IMG/VR virus record: IMGVR_UViG_3300045131_002929
Span: 64,001 to 128,000 of that record
Direction: 5' to 3' (one strand)
DNA length: 64,000 nt
Source of the DNA: a virus
A program made the position numbers and the translations under genes. Positions 9,901 through 20,636 of the stretch are shown here, piece by piece (position 1 is the stretch's first letter; every line of letters begins with the position of its first letter). The notes under the pieces were generated by a model. It had not been told where the DNA came from. It did not search any database and worked only from the letters and a program-made list of their open reading frames with translations.

Positions 9901-11466
9901 ATGGATCTTACTACGGTCAGCCTACAGGCCCGGGCGGAGGCGGAGGCTCTCATCCGCGACTCGCTGATGTCGCTTTTTCCGACCATCGACGTGTCGCCTG
10001 GCACCGCGCTGCACGAGCTGCTGGCCATCCCGGCCGGCGCCGTCAAGGCTTACATAGACGCGCAGGCGGCGGCGTTGCGGACCAGCCTGGACCTGGCCAC
10101 GAGCGACGATCCGGCCGTGGTCGCGGCCCTGCTTGAGAATTTCAAGCTGGCGCCGAACCAGGGCTCCGAGGGCCAGGGTCTGGTGAAGCTGATCTTCGAC
10201 GCGTCGTCGCAGGCCGTCGTGCAGGCCGGCACCGCGCTTAAGACCGGCGGCACGACTTTAAGAATCCCGCGGACATACGCCGGCGTAGTCGGCATGGCCT
10301 CGATCGCGGCCGCGGAGTCCGGCTTGTACAGGGAGCTGGAGCGCGAAGGCGACTACTGGGTCATGTACGTGCCCGCCGTGACGACCGGCGGCCAGAACGA
10401 TCCGATCCTGCCCGGCCAGTACCTGCAGACGCTGCATCCCATCGCCACGCTGGTGCGCGCGGAGTCCGCTTCGACTTTCATAGGCGGCCGAACCGCCGAC
10501 ACCCTGGACACGCTGCGTTCGAAGTGGGCCGAGTCCAGGACGATGCCGGCATGCTGCTCGGCCAACCATATCCGCAAACTGCTCGCCATGTCCTCGGTTC
10601 CCGCGCTGGACGTGAAGGTGGCCGGGGCGGGCAGCCTGGAGTCGTGGCGCGCCACCTCGGTGTTCGGCGTGGCGCCCGGCGGCGTGGTCGACGTCTACTC
10701 CAAGACGGCGCTGTTCCCATGCGTGGACTACGTGCAGGTCAAGGCGACGCTGGTCGACGCCGCGTCCAGAACGTGGTCCGCCGTCGTGACGCGGGATCTG
10801 ATGCCCGGCTTCTACAGGATAGAGAGCATAAACTACGGGAGCCGCAGCGCGTCGCGCGACGCCATCGTCTCCGAGACGTGGTCGGCCGACGTCTCGAACT
10901 ACCCATGCGTGAAATGCGGGTCGAACCCGGATCATTTCAGATTCAGCGCTTTCCAGCAGTGCGTGCTGGTCTTCGTCTTCGCGGCCGCGACGCCCGGCGC
11001 GGACGGATCGGCCGCCTTCTTCCTCGAACTCACCGGCATGCCCGGCATAAAGACCCACCAGGCGGCCTTGGACGATCCCGACGCCGGCGTGCCCGGACTG
11101 GATGTCCTGGTCCGCGCCCCTGTTCCGGTGTTCGTATCGCTGGGCGTCCGGCTACATCTAAACCCCGGCGCGCCCGCCCCCGACGTGGAGGCGCTTATGG
11201 TGAGGGCCTCGGCCGCCGTGAACGCGGCGCCCATGGGCCGCGGATGGCTGTCCGGCGGCTGCGTGGCCGCGGCGCTGGCCTCGCCCGACTACGAAGTCGT
11301 GTCGCCGGTGATGCTGGAGGCGACGCTGTTAGGCCAGGACGGGCGCGAGCTCCGGTTCAGGAGCTCGGACACGCTCAGAATCCCGCAAGACGCGGCGGCG
11401 GGGGCCACCCTATCCACCTTATGCTTCATGTGCAGGCCTTCCTCCGTCTCCATAACCGTGAAATAG
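9901..11466 (+). CDS. Baseplate J-like wedge protein
   Basis: 'PTIDVSPGTALHELL', 'F.GG...DT...LR', GGxVDVY motifs typical of gpJ/gp6. Confidence 0.75.
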   Translation: MDLTTVSLQARAEAEALIRDSLMSLFPTIDVSPGTALHELLAIPAGAVKAYIDAQAAALRTSLDLATSDDPAVVAALLENFKLAPNQGSEGQGLVKLIFDASSQAVVQAGTALKTGGTTLRIPRTYAGVVGMASIAAAESGLYRELEREGDYWVMYVPAVTTGGQNDPILPGQYLQTLHPIATLVRAESASTFIGGRTADTLDTLRSKWAESRTMPACCSANHIRKLLAMSSVPALDVKVAGAGSLESWRATSVFGVAPGGVVDVYSKTALFPCVDYVQVKATLVDAASRTWSAVVTRDLMPGFYRIESINYGSRSASRDAIVSETWSADVSNYPCVKCGSNPDHFRFSAFQQCVLVFVFAAATPGADGSAAFFLELTGMPGIKTHQAALDDPDAGVPGLDVLVRAPVPVFVSLGVRLHLNPGAPAPDVEALMVRASAAVNAAPMGRGWLSGGCVAAALASPDYEVVSPVMLEATLLGQDGRELRFRSSDTLRIPQDAAAGATLSTLCFMCRPSSVSITVK

Positions 11467-11473
11467 GTGCCAG

Positions 11474-12985
11474 ATGATAAAGGCGATATCCAGTAAATTC
11501 TGGACCGAGGTCTGCGGCGACTGGCCTGCTCGATTTTTCACTATGTTGGATTCTGTGCTGGCCGCGCAGCCTGACGACGAGGCGGCGGCCGCCAAAGCCT
11601 CGCTAGGGCCCAAGAGCTTCAAGCCTTTCAAGTCAGAGCGCTTCAAGCCTCTTTTCTTCGGCCCCTACGACGTCAAGCCGCCCAAGGCGATCCTGGACGG
11701 ATCCGCCGCCCTGGACGGGTCCGAACCGCTGAGCGGCAGACGCGCGGCCGGCTACTCGCTGCCTGCGCCCGCCGGGCTGATAGGCGCCGACTACATATCG
11801 ACGGCGCCCGACGGCTCCGGGCGCATGCTGGAGGCGGCTAGGGACTTCATAGTCGACGCCGAGGCGCGGGAGATCGTATTCAGGCAGGATCCGCTCGGAC
11901 TGCCTGTCCGCTGGGACTCGTCGGCGGGCGGTCGCGAAGGCCGGCTCTGGCTGATCGGCGCTAGACTGGACGACGGAACCGCGGCCCGGACCTCGCGGAT
12001 GTTCGCAGGCATATCCGTGCCTTGCGGCGCGCGCACGGCCGACATAACAGGCGCGCTGTGCGACTGCCTGGTCAACGGGACGGCCAAGGCCTCGCTGGCC
12101 CTGGCCCTGGGCTACATCCTCGACGCCGAGACGTCGAAAGTCGCCGGCGTCGTCGAAAGGGTTTTCAAAGACGCGGGCAGGACGTGGGTTCTCGCCGAAG
12201 GGCTGCTGCACTCGGCCCCTGGCTCATGCTCGGCGGTCGTGGCCGCCGGCTCGAAGGTGCGGCGCGGCGATCTTCTGTTCGACGCCTTCACGCTGCTGGG
12301 CGAGGGCAGCGAGCTGGACCCTGTCAAGGTGCCGGCCCTGTTCATAGGTCCGGAGCTGACCGGCGGCAGGCTGGTCGACGGCGTCATGGTGGACAACGCC
12401 GAGATGGCGGCGCCGGCCTCGCGGTGGCTGCTGGCCAGCAAAAGGGGTGGAAAAGGTCTTGTGGAGGATGTCACGGAGTCGGATTACAGCTATCTTATCG
12501 ACAGGCTGGACGGCGGCGACGCCTACCTGCTGGTGGACGACGGGCTCGACGAATACAAACTGACGGTGGGGAGCAGCGGACCGCCCTGCCAGGGGCCGCC
12601 TAGGGACGTGGCCGCCTTCAAAGCTTACGTGAACGAGGCCGAGGCCCGCGGCGTCAGCTTTCCGGCGGCGGTCGCGGCTGGCCGCAACGAGAAGCTGAGG
12701 ATGAACCCGGCCGCCGAGATATGGAACGGGGCGCTGGCCAGGTCGTGCGCGCTGCTCATGGTCGACCCTGGCTTGGACCGAGGCGCGTGGCGGCTGCTGA
12801 CATGGCTGGCGGGGCTGATGCCCGCGTGGACATTCCTGCGCGTGTGCTCGGAGCAGCCCTGCTGCGACACGTACGCGTGCGCGGACTCCGTAAGCGAGTC
12901 CGTGGAAGTGTTCGACTGCGTGGACGTCGAGGACGGATCCTGCTCCATAAATGAAAACATAAACACAACGAGGTTCGCGTTATGA
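11474..12985 (+). CDS. Baseplate/tail structural protein
   Basis: Operon position after J-like gene; ATGA overlap with next gene. Confidence 0.5.
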   Translation: MIKAISSKFWTEVCGDWPARFFTMLDSVLAAQPDDEAAAAKASLGPKSFKPFKSERFKPLFFGPYDVKPPKAILDGSAALDGSEPLSGRRAAGYSLPAPAGLIGADYISTAPDGSGRMLEAARDFIVDAEAREIVFRQDPLGLPVRWDSSAGGREGRLWLIGARLDDGTAARTSRMFAGISVPCGARTADITGALCDCLVNGTAKASLALALGYILDAETSKVAGVVERVFKDAGRTWVLAEGLLHSAPGSCSAVVAAGSKVRRGDLLFDAFTLLGEGSELDPVKVPALFIGPELTGGRLVDGVMVDNAEMAAPASRWLLASKRGGKGLVEDVTESDYSYLIDRLDGGDAYLLVDDGLDEYKLTVGSSGPPCQGPPRDVAAFKAYVNEAEARGVSFPAAVAAGRNEKLRMNPAAEIWNGALARSCALLMVDPGLDRGAWRLLTWLAGLMPAWTFLRVCSEQPCCDTYACADSVSESVEVFDCVDVEDGSCSINENINTTRFAL

Positions 12986-13521
12986 CCGAGACACTGCACA
13001 AGACCAGCGGTTGGATAGATATTTTCGAAGTCAGGGGCGGCGTGTGGCTGCCGCTTGGCGGCCAGCACAACATGATAACCAGGCAGGGCGGCGACGTCAT
13101 GGCCGCGGCCTTGGCCGGCCTGCGTAAAATAAACTGCGTGTACTTCGCGTACAGCAACCAGCCCGGCGCGCTGGAGATAGGCGCCTCCGAGCACAACACG
13201 GCCGCCACTTACAGGGCCGCCGTAGCCGGCCGCGGGGTGGCCAGGTCGCTGGCGCTGAGCTCGCCCTGCTTCGCTTCGTCCGGCGACGGCTTCGCCGCGA
13301 ACAGGATGACAGTCACGGCCGTGACCTCGGGATCCAAGCTCTCGGGCGAGGACATGGCGGACGGCGTGTCCGCCATATACCACGCGGCGCTCGTCTCGGT
13401 GGCCGACGAAGGCGACGCGCAGACGGACATGGTGTTCAGCTGCGCGAACCTGGACGTGGAGCGCGTGAAATCAGCGGGTGCGCAGATAGGCGTGCGCTGG
13501 ACCTTGAACTGCTTAAACTAA
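12982..13521 (+). CDS. Tail fibre attachment / gpH-N-terminus-like protein
   Basis: 'HNMITRQGGDVMAAAL...' start and 'KSAGAQIGVRWTL' end typical of phage tail-collar/fibre N-domains. Confidence 0.6.
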   Translation: MTETLHKTSGWIDIFEVRGGVWLPLGGQHNMITRQGGDVMAAALAGLRKINCVYFAYSNQPGALEIGASEHNTAATYRAAVAGRGVARSLALSSPCFASSGDGFAANRMTVTAVTSGSKLSGEDMADGVSAIYHAALVSVADEGDAQTDMVFSCANLDVERVKSAGAQIGVRWTLNCLN

Positions 13522-13532
13522 GAGGCTGACCC

Positions 13533-15122
13533 ATGAACACCTACTGGCCGGCCGCAGTGCCCGCCCTGACCAGAACCAGCACCAACGACTACAAAGAGCT
13601 GAATAGGCCGCTGGCCGAGCTGGCCGCGCGGACCGACTTCCTCAAAGCGCGGATGGACGAGCTGGCCGCCGGCGAATGCCTATCCACGCCCGGCGTCCGC
13701 CTGGCCGCCGAGGCCAAGGAGGGCTACGCCATGGCCTACAGCGGCCAGCGCGGTCTTTTCGCCCCGGCCAGGGCGGCGTGGTCCGCTGAATCGTCCGCGT
13801 CCGGCGCGCCGCTGCCTGGCGACGTCTCGGTGCCGGCCGGCATTCTTATCCGCAAACACACCGACACCTCCGGCGATCTGGTCACGGCCGGGTCGATGCC
13901 CGCCTTCCCGCATCTCTACAACCTTTTCGGATCCGCCTCGCCGGCGCCTGGCCTTTACTATCTGTCGGCGACCGAGCCTGGCCGGCTGACCCTGGACCCG
14001 CCCGCCAATCCAGTGTTGGTGGCGCTGCTTACCGGCGACGGTCTGCTGACGCTGCTTACCGGCGATCCGCGCGGATCCGCCCACGAGCATGTCAGCCTGC
14101 AGCTGGCCGGCGGCGGCTGGCTGGCCGCCGTGCCCGCGAACTTCCCCGCGGCGGCGATCCCGGCGGGCGCCGCCTTTGGCTATGACGCCTACGCGGACGG
14201 CTCCGTGGCGGAGATGACGGCGCTGTACCAGGGCAAGGCTTTCCTGACCAGGAACGACACGGGGGCCAACGTGCCGGCCGACCTTTTCACGCTGGACTCC
14301 GAAGGCATGTGGTGGCTCGCGCCTACGCCGCCCGGCGACATGACGGTCTGGCTGACCCGGCCTGCCGCCGCGGCCGCCGGGGCCGTGCGCGCCATAGTGT
14401 CCACCACGCCCGGCGATCTATCCGTATCCGTGGCGAACGGGGTGGCCTTGATCGGACTGGCCGAAGGCGAGGCCGCGTATGGAGTGCCCGGCTCGACTGT
14501 GGTCAAGGGCATCGACGGCCGCTCCGTCCGGTTCGGGGATGTGGTGGAGTCCATAATCGGCGAGGGCGGCATAAGCGTGGCCGCCACGGTGGCCGGCGGC
14601 AAGGGCACTGTGACCATATCCGGTCTGGAATGGGCCGAGCGCCTGATAGACGCCGTGCCGCCGATACCAGCCCTCGGCCACTGCTTCCAAGCCGGCTCGC
14701 CTTCCACGGCGAGCTTCACCGCCTACACGCCGAAATGGAGCGCGGGCTTCAAAAAACTAAAATTCTGGATGTGGGTGCGCGGCGCGCCGCTCGGCCGGTT
14801 CCCCGTGGAGGGGGCCCGCGTGGCCTACTCCATATTCTACCCGCCGGGCCATCTCGGGTCGGACATGCCGCCGGGCGAATACAAAAACGGCGCGTGGAAT
14901 CCGAGGCAGGCCCTGCCTAACGGGTCTTACGAATCGCTCGAGAACTTCGTGGACATACCGGGCTTCAGTCCGTGCCTGAACGAAAAGATGTACATCATGG
15001 AGGCCCCGCAGGCTCGGTGGGTGGACGTCGGACCTGAGTGCCTCGTGAATTTCTCCATCACGTTCGGCGGTGTGAGGCCCGTGTTCCTGCACAGGGTCGG
15101 CATATCCGTCATGAGCGCGTAG
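13533..15122 (+). CDS. Tail fibre-like virion protein
   Basis: N-terminal 'LNRPLAELAARTDFLK' coil typical of tail fibre N-termini; 'PGLYYLSATEPGRLT' motif. Confidence 0.6.
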   Translation: MNTYWPAAVPALTRTSTNDYKELNRPLAELAARTDFLKARMDELAAGECLSTPGVRLAAEAKEGYAMAYSGQRGLFAPARAAWSAESSASGAPLPGDVSVPAGILIRKHTDTSGDLVTAGSMPAFPHLYNLFGSASPAPGLYYLSATEPGRLTLDPPANPVLVALLTGDGLLTLLTGDPRGSAHEHVSLQLAGGGWLAAVPANFPAAAIPAGAAFGYDAYADGSVAEMTALYQGKAFLTRNDTGANVPADLFTLDSEGMWWLAPTPPGDMTVWLTRPAAAAAGAVRAIVSTTPGDLSVSVANGVALIGLAEGEAAYGVPGSTVVKGIDGRSVRFGDVVESIIGEGGISVAATVAGGKGTVTISGLEWAERLIDAVPPIPALGHCFQAGSPSTASFTAYTPKWSAGFKKLKFWMWVRGAPLGRFPVEGARVAYSIFYPPGHLGSDMPPGEYKNGAWNPRQALPNGSYESLENFVDIPGFSPCLNEKMYIMEAPQARWVDVGPECLVNFSITFGGVRPVFLHRVGISVMSA

Positions 15123-15130
15123 GCGGCGGC

Positions 15131-15412
15131 ATGGACGCTGACACCCCACTGAACCACCTGAGCTACGGGCACATGCCTAAAACCTTCAGCGGAAACATGT
15201 CGGGCATGATGCCGTGCCGCGTGACCGGCAAGTCCGGCCCTATGCACATGGTCGACGTGTACCGCGACGGAATAGCCGCTGGGCCTACGGGCATGAGCCA
15301 GCCCATGCTGGTCATGGGTATGAATCTAGCCGATACGCTGCCTACCGGCACCTGGCTGCTGGCTTCGCCGCAAGAGCTGGCCGTCACCGGATTCACGGAG
15401 ATCGACGGCTGA
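15131..15412 (+). CDS. Small virion-associated hypothetical protein
   Basis: ATG 8 nt after the previous stop; OB-like beta pattern. Confidence 0.5.
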   Translation: MDADTPLNHLSYGHMPKTFSGNMSGMMPCRVTGKSGPMHMVDVYRDGIAAGPTGMSQPMLVMGMNLADTLPTGTWLLASPQELAVTGFTEIDG

Positions 15413-15445
15413 CGGCACAGTCGAATTAAAACGGACAGGTCGCGA

Positions 15446-16516
15446 ATGGCTGAACCTCTCATCGAGCCTATGAGTCAAGGGATCCTGGATCTGACCGGGC
15501 TCCAGAGCTCGCTGCCCTACAACTGCCTCGGGGTGGTCCGCATGATACGGCCCGCGATGGCCGGGGTGCAGGGCCTGTGGCTTTGGACCTGCGCCTTGGG
15601 GGACTGGGCCGGCCACTATTACATATCCGCCTCGCTGGATCTGAAGGTCAGGGTGTCGGGCGGCGTGACCGGATCGGCCACTCTGCTGAACGCCGCGCCT
15701 TTGGCCCGCGTCGGGGATTTCTGGCTCACCCGCGGATCGGTGGTGGTGGCCGGCGGCGTAAGCTGCGCCGCGATGGACTGCATGGACCACTACACATACT
15801 CGTATGAAGGCGGCAGCGTGGTGGCCGGCTACTGCATGGTGCCAAACCTCGACACCGCGACTGTGGCGGAAAGCGTTCGATACGTGGACGCCATGAATCT
15901 GCGCTGCGTGGCCTGCGCTGAAGGCGGCCCACCCTACGACCTGGACCGATACGTGCGCAAGCTGGCCCCGGCCTACGTGAAGGATATGATCGCGATCACG
16001 GACGACATGCCGGCAGACCAGCGCGCCGAAGCCGAGGCCGCGAACGCCTCCATGGCGGGCGGCTACTCCGGCCGCGGCACTGCCTACGGCCTGAAGGCCC
16101 AGGTGGAATGCCTGCCGGTCATGGGTTGGCGCAAGGTCGCGGACGGCAAGATCTACGGCACATACATGTCGAACGAGGGCATGGCTCCGCGCGTGCTGCG
16201 CAGATTCAAACAGGATCCTGACTGGAGCTCCAGCTCCAACTCCAGCTCGAGCCGCTCGTCGAACAGCAGCTCGTCGAAATCCTCGCAGAGCTGGTCGTCG
16301 CTATCCTCCGCCCATGACCTCGACGCCGACCCATCCTCGCAGTCCAGCCCCTCGTCCGAATCTTCGTCCAGCCCCTCGTCCGAATCCTCGTCGTCGAGCT
16401 TCTCCTCGGACTCGTCCGTGTCCGATTCGGACAGCTCGTCATCCATGTATGGGGAGTTCGTCATAGTCAAAACCGACATGCTCACATCCTTCCGCGGAGG
16501 TCTGCGATGCGGGTAG
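15446..16516 (+). CDS. Hypothetical protein with C-terminal Ser-rich tract
   Basis: ORF with a poly-Ser region of about 70 aa. Confidence 0.65.
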   Translation: MAEPLIEPMSQGILDLTGLQSSLPYNCLGVVRMIRPAMAGVQGLWLWTCALGDWAGHYYISASLDLKVRVSGGVTGSATLLNAAPLARVGDFWLTRGSVVVAGGVSCAAMDCMDHYTYSYEGGSVVAGYCMVPNLDTATVAESVRYVDAMNLRCVACAEGGPPYDLDRYVRKLAPAYVKDMIAITDDMPADQRAEAEAANASMAGGYSGRGTAYGLKAQVECLPVMGWRKVADGKIYGTYMSNEGMAPRVLRRFKQDPDWSSSSNSSSSRSSNSSSSKSSQSWSSLSSAHDLDADPSSQSSPSSESSSSPSSESSSSSFSSDSSVSDSDSSSSMYGEFVIVKTDMLTSFRGGLRCG

Positions 16517-17850
16517 TCATGATGCTGGACCGCAACACCTGCGAGGCTTTCCCCTATTATCTGCCTGACAACCCCTATTTTGAAGTTCTAGGCATGGTTT
16601 CGGACGTTTCAAACAAAGGGCTGACGACGTCCGAGCTAGCCGACTGGACTATAAAGCCGACCACCCTATGGCTGTGGCGCGACAAGGAGCGCGGAACTTT
16701 GAAAGTGTCCGAATGGTCGGAGCTGGCGAGTATGCTGCTGACCCGGACCTCGGAGGACGGCACCGGCGAGGACGGCGTCGTTAAACACTCTAAAGCCGTT
16801 CTCGGTCAGATAGCGCCTGTCGGCAAAGCCGCCGGCGAGCTGGCATGGGAGCAGTTCATGCGCCGGAGCGGCACCTCGTACTACGCGGATCTGTTGAAAT
16901 CCACGAACCCGAACTCGGTCGACAAGACTTACCAACACGCCGGCATAGACGCTAAAGGCGTGTACTCGCCTGCCGGCGCCATGCTGGACGGTGTGGTCGC
17001 GGACAGGGTGGAAGTAGCGCCGGACGCTAAAAAAGGAGTTTTCATCAAAACAGGCGAAGACATAACCGGCAAGTACGTGGAGAACGTGATGCCTGACCCG
17101 GCCGCCGAGCCGCCCGTCACCGCCGGCTCCAAAATGGTCGGCTGGCGCGTGGCGCGCGATCGCGTGACCGGCACGGCCTTCCACGAGATAACGGCCGATC
17201 TTAAGATGGAGCGCCACCGCGGCGAGGTTGTATGGCGGCCGCTGACCGGCAACATGAACAAGATGCTCACGCGGGCGGCCGTGCGCTGGATCTCGGACTG
17301 GAACTCCGACACAGATGAGAACGGCCGGGTGTCGTCGGTGACGCCGGTGTGGACCTACCTGAGCGTGGCCTGGGTCATAACGAAGAGCGAGTACACGCGC
17401 GCCGTCGAGTTCCTGATGGCTGATAGCGGCAGCCTGGACGTATGGCGCAAGATAGACTCGGCGGAGAGCGACCCGGCAGATCCAGCCGGCATGTACGGCA
17501 AAGTCGATGTGCGGGTTCCGCCCAGGCCGAAGACCGACGCCGAGCTCTACTCGACATCCTCCGCGTCGTCGTCAAGCGACTCAAGCACCTCGCATTCGTC
17601 AGACCCGCCGCCAGTCGTCTACGAGTATCACACCACCAGCTCGGAGTCATATTCAAGCTCCAGCCACAGCTCGGAGTCGCCTTCCAGCGGATCGTCCGCG
17701 TCGAGCGCCTCGTCGACATCCGAGTCAAGCGCAAGCTCGGGCGAATACGGCGACCCCATGATCCTGGACGTTGAGTACGGGCTGTCGGCGGGCTTGGGCA
17801 AAACCACTAAAATGAAATTGCTTGTAGGGAGGGCGCCCGCATGGACGTGA
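16507..17850 (+). CDS. Hypothetical protein with C-terminal Ser-rich tract
   Basis: Overlaps previous stop; second poly-Ser region. Confidence 0.65.
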   Translation: MRVVMMLDRNTCEAFPYYLPDNPYFEVLGMVSDVSNKGLTTSELADWTIKPTTLWLWRDKERGTLKVSEWSELASMLLTRTSEDGTGEDGVVKHSKAVLGQIAPVGKAAGELAWEQFMRRSGTSYYADLLKSTNPNSVDKTYQHAGIDAKGVYSPAGAMLDGVVADRVEVAPDAKKGVFIKTGEDITGKYVENVMPDPAAEPPVTAGSKMVGWRVARDRVTGTAFHEITADLKMERHRGEVVWRPLTGNMNKMLTRAAVRWISDWNSDTDENGRVSSVTPVWTYLSVAWVITKSEYTRAVEFLMADSGSLDVWRKIDSAESDPADPAGMYGKVDVRVPPRPKTDAELYSTSSASSSSDSSTSHSSDPPPVVYEYHTTSSESYSSSSHSSESPSSGSSASSASSTSESSASSGEYGDPMILDVEYGLSAGLGKTTKMKLLVGRAPAWT

Positions 17851-19841
17851 CGACTTGGGATTTCGAGGGTTCGGACTGGGCGAACCCGGACCCCGGCGAC
17901 TGGCGCTATCTGGGCGCTCTGTCGAGGGCGCTGCATGAGCGGCGCGAGGCGGCCGGGCTGACCACGCGCGGATCCGCCGTATGGCGCGACTGGACGCACA
18001 CGCCCGCCGCGTTCGACTTCACAGCTTTCGATGCCGAGCTCGCGGAGACCGCCGGGGCCTTCATAGACGACGCCATGGCCTCCGTCGAAGAGCATCTGGA
18101 CCGGCGGGTAGCGGAGGTCGGCTGCGGCGACAGGCGCATGGCCTGCGGCCCGCTGAAGGAGGATGACGCTTATTGGGTGATCGGCGACCTTGGTTACGAC
18201 GGGGTGGTCGTGGAGAAGATCCGCGTCGATGGGTCTACGGTGGAGACCGAGGTCAAATGGACCTCGGCTTCCTGTATGACGAACGGCGCGGCGCTCGTTC
18301 GAAGCCTTATGTACAGAATGTCGTGGTCGCGGATGCTGGAGCGCGCCGGAGCCGACCAGTCGGCGCCGGAAGCCGCTCCGAGCATAGGCATGGACGGGTT
18401 CACCTTCAAAAGCCAGGCCATGCGCGCCTGGGTATCGCTAAGAAGGCGAATGCTGCCTACTCTGACGTGGGCCGCCGTGGAAGCCGCTGAGAAGGACTCC
18501 GACGGCAAGCCGCTTCCGGACGCCGCCTTCGACTTCCTGCATTGCGTGCGCAGCCGGTCGCGCGACAGGTATGACAACTGCCGCGGCTCGCAGATGGTCA
18601 CCGGCTCCGACGGGTCGTGGTTCGACGACTCGCCGCTGTCCAGCGTGAACGCGGCGTTCGGCGGCGTCTGCCGCTTCTGGTGGTGCTGGATGTACGGCGT
18701 CTACTACGGCTTCGTGCCTTTCGACGTAACTTGGCGGACGGGCGAGCCTTTCGAGCAGCGAGGCATGGGCGTCATCCCGATGAAAGGCAAGGACACGTAC
18801 AATCCCGGCAGGAACGCCGGGAAATGGTGCGACTGCGGCCTGGAGCTCTGGGAGTCGCCGGCCCCGAATCCGGACATATGGCGCGACGGACCGAGCAACT
18901 ACCCGCGCGACAGGCTCGTGGACTTCGAGGCCGAGGCGGCCGTGGAGTACGACGGCGGATCCCTATACGGGCCGCGCGTGACCGTAAGCAATGACAAAGT
19001 CGTGGAGTGGTGCCTGGTGGACGGAGTGTGGCCGCCCGCGCGGCATATGATGGACGGCAGTTTGCGGTACGAGGCGGCATGCCCTGACCCTTATAAGAAG
19101 ACAAGCGGCGGCACCGGTTATTTCACCACGGGCTTCAACCTGCCCTTCGGCGGCGGGGCCATGTGCGAAGGCGCCAAGAACAGAAGCCTGAAATGTGAAT
19201 ACGATCAGTACGAAGACGGCGTGGCCGTGGTGCAAGTGCGGCTCAACTCCAGCATGCCCTGGCAGTATGAGCGCATCTTCTGCGTATCCTGCGTCGGCGA
19301 CTTCTTCCTAGGCTCGACGCAAGGTTCCATCGGCTCAGTAGGGTGGGTGGCCGAAGGGCCCGGCGAGGTGTCGTGGACGGAGAAAGACAAGATGGGCCGC
19401 AAGACGATCAAGCTGTGGAACGCCGGCGAGGCGGGCAGCGTGAGCACGTGGTGGCAGACTCTCGAGATCCGCTCGCTGGCTTCCGGCAGAGGGGCGGCCC
19501 GCGTGGAGATCTTCGAGGATCGGACCGATGTGCGCACCGGATCCGAGGGGTCGACGGGCTTCGAGGACATAGAAAACAGCGTGACGGCCTATTCGACCAT
19601 GGACGCGGTGGCCAGCGACGCGTATGTGCCGCCTACGGCGCCTGGCGTGCCGCCTTACGCGGTCCACTCCACGCTCCAGGAAGCCGGATCGCTCACCATA
19701 GCAGGTTCGAAGGACCCCGTGGCGGCCTCGGCTTGGGCGACCGGCCGCAAAGGCGGGTCCAAGGGTCGTTGTTATTTCGCGTTCTCCAAGGTGGCGCTGC
19801 CGGCCATGGTCCGGGTAGCCACTTCTTTCACCTTCAAATAG
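17841..19841 (+). CDS. Trp/Cys-rich hypothetical virion protein (666 aa)
   Basis: Long ORF in operon; aromatic-rich. Confidence 0.6.
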   Translation: MDVTTWDFEGSDWANPDPGDWRYLGALSRALHERREAAGLTTRGSAVWRDWTHTPAAFDFTAFDAELAETAGAFIDDAMASVEEHLDRRVAEVGCGDRRMACGPLKEDDAYWVIGDLGYDGVVVEKIRVDGSTVETEVKWTSASCMTNGAALVRSLMYRMSWSRMLERAGADQSAPEAAPSIGMDGFTFKSQAMRAWVSLRRRMLPTLTWAAVEAAEKDSDGKPLPDAAFDFLHCVRSRSRDRYDNCRGSQMVTGSDGSWFDDSPLSSVNAAFGGVCRFWWCWMYGVYYGFVPFDVTWRTGEPFEQRGMGVIPMKGKDTYNPGRNAGKWCDCGLELWESPAPNPDIWRDGPSNYPRDRLVDFEAEAAVEYDGGSLYGPRVTVSNDKVVEWCLVDGVWPPARHMMDGSLRYEAACPDPYKKTSGGTGYFTTGFNLPFGGGAMCEGAKNRSLKCEYDQYEDGVAVVQVRLNSSMPWQYERIFCVSCVGDFFLGSTQGSIGSVGWVAEGPGEVSWTEKDKMGRKTIKLWNAGEAGSVSTWWQTLEIRSLASGRGAARVEIFEDRTDVRTGSEGSTGFEDIENSVTAYSTMDAVASDAYVPPTAPGVPPYAVHSTLQEAGSLTIAGSKDPVAASAWATGRKGGSKGRCYFAFSKVALPAMVRVATSFTFK

Positions 19842-19853
19842 AAAGGATCGGCC

Positions 19854-20612
19854 ATGTTCTCAATGGGCGAGTTGATTGCGTCGAGGCGGAGCGAGCTGCT
19901 GGCCGCCTACCCGGAGATCGAGGAGCTGCTGGTGGGCCAGTCGCGCGGCGGATGCTTCAGCTGCTCGGCCCGAAAGGCGCTGAGCGCCGTCCGCGCGCTC
20001 GGTAAACGTGTGGACGGCCTCATACCAGACGAAGTTTTCAAATCCGTCACCGTCGGCGACCTGAAAACAGGCGGGCGGGGAGCCTTCATGGCCGGAAAAC
20101 CGGAAGCCTACTCGCCTGACGCGTCGGATATGGACGACGAAGCGCGCGTGGGCTGCCTCGACTGCGTGCTCAAACACCTCGCGCGGGCGCTCGTACTGCT
20201 GGAGGAGAGCGAGCTTGGCTACCCGCAGCACCGCGACCTGGCCATAATCCAGGTGGAAAAAGCCTTGACCCACGCTCCAGATGACGCGGAACTGCGAAAA
20301 ATAGCCGCCGCCATCAACTCAGGAGGCCTTTTCGGCGCTTTCGCCAAGGCTGTAGGCCTGATAAAGACGAAATTGGACTCCGGCAAGGGCGGTAGGTGGC
20401 TTTGGATGGCAGTCGGCCACCTCGGCGAGGCCGAAGCGGAGGCTTTGCTCGACAATCAGATACTCGCGGAGGAGATCAGGCAGTTCAGAGTCGCGCTGAT
20501 GGGCGGCGTGAAGCTCGACATGAAGGCTTTAATGGACAAACTGGAGATGCTCAGACGCCGCCAGCGCGACCTGGAGGCCGCGAACATGCCTAAAAGCGAG
20601 TGGAATTCGTAA
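19854..20612 (+). CDS. Hypothetical protein with two CxxC motifs
   Basis: AAGGA RBS; GCFSC and GCLDC motifs. Confidence 0.65.
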   Translation: MFSMGELIASRRSELLAAYPEIEELLVGQSRGGCFSCSARKALSAVRALGKRVDGLIPDEVFKSVTVGDLKTGGRGAFMAGKPEAYSPDASDMDDEARVGCLDCVLKHLARALVLLEESELGYPQHRDLAIIQVEKALTHAPDDAELRKIAAAINSGGLFGAFAKAVGLIKTKLDSGKGGRWLWMAVGHLGEAEAEALLDNQILAEEIRQFRVALMGGVKLDMKALMDKLEMLRRRQRDLEAANMPKSEWNS

Positions 20613-20636
20613 AAAAATACCTGAAAGGCGGCCGCC

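Noticed and set aside
15446-19841. Diversity-generating retroelement target
   Set aside because: No reverse transcriptase and no template/variable repeat pair seen in the window
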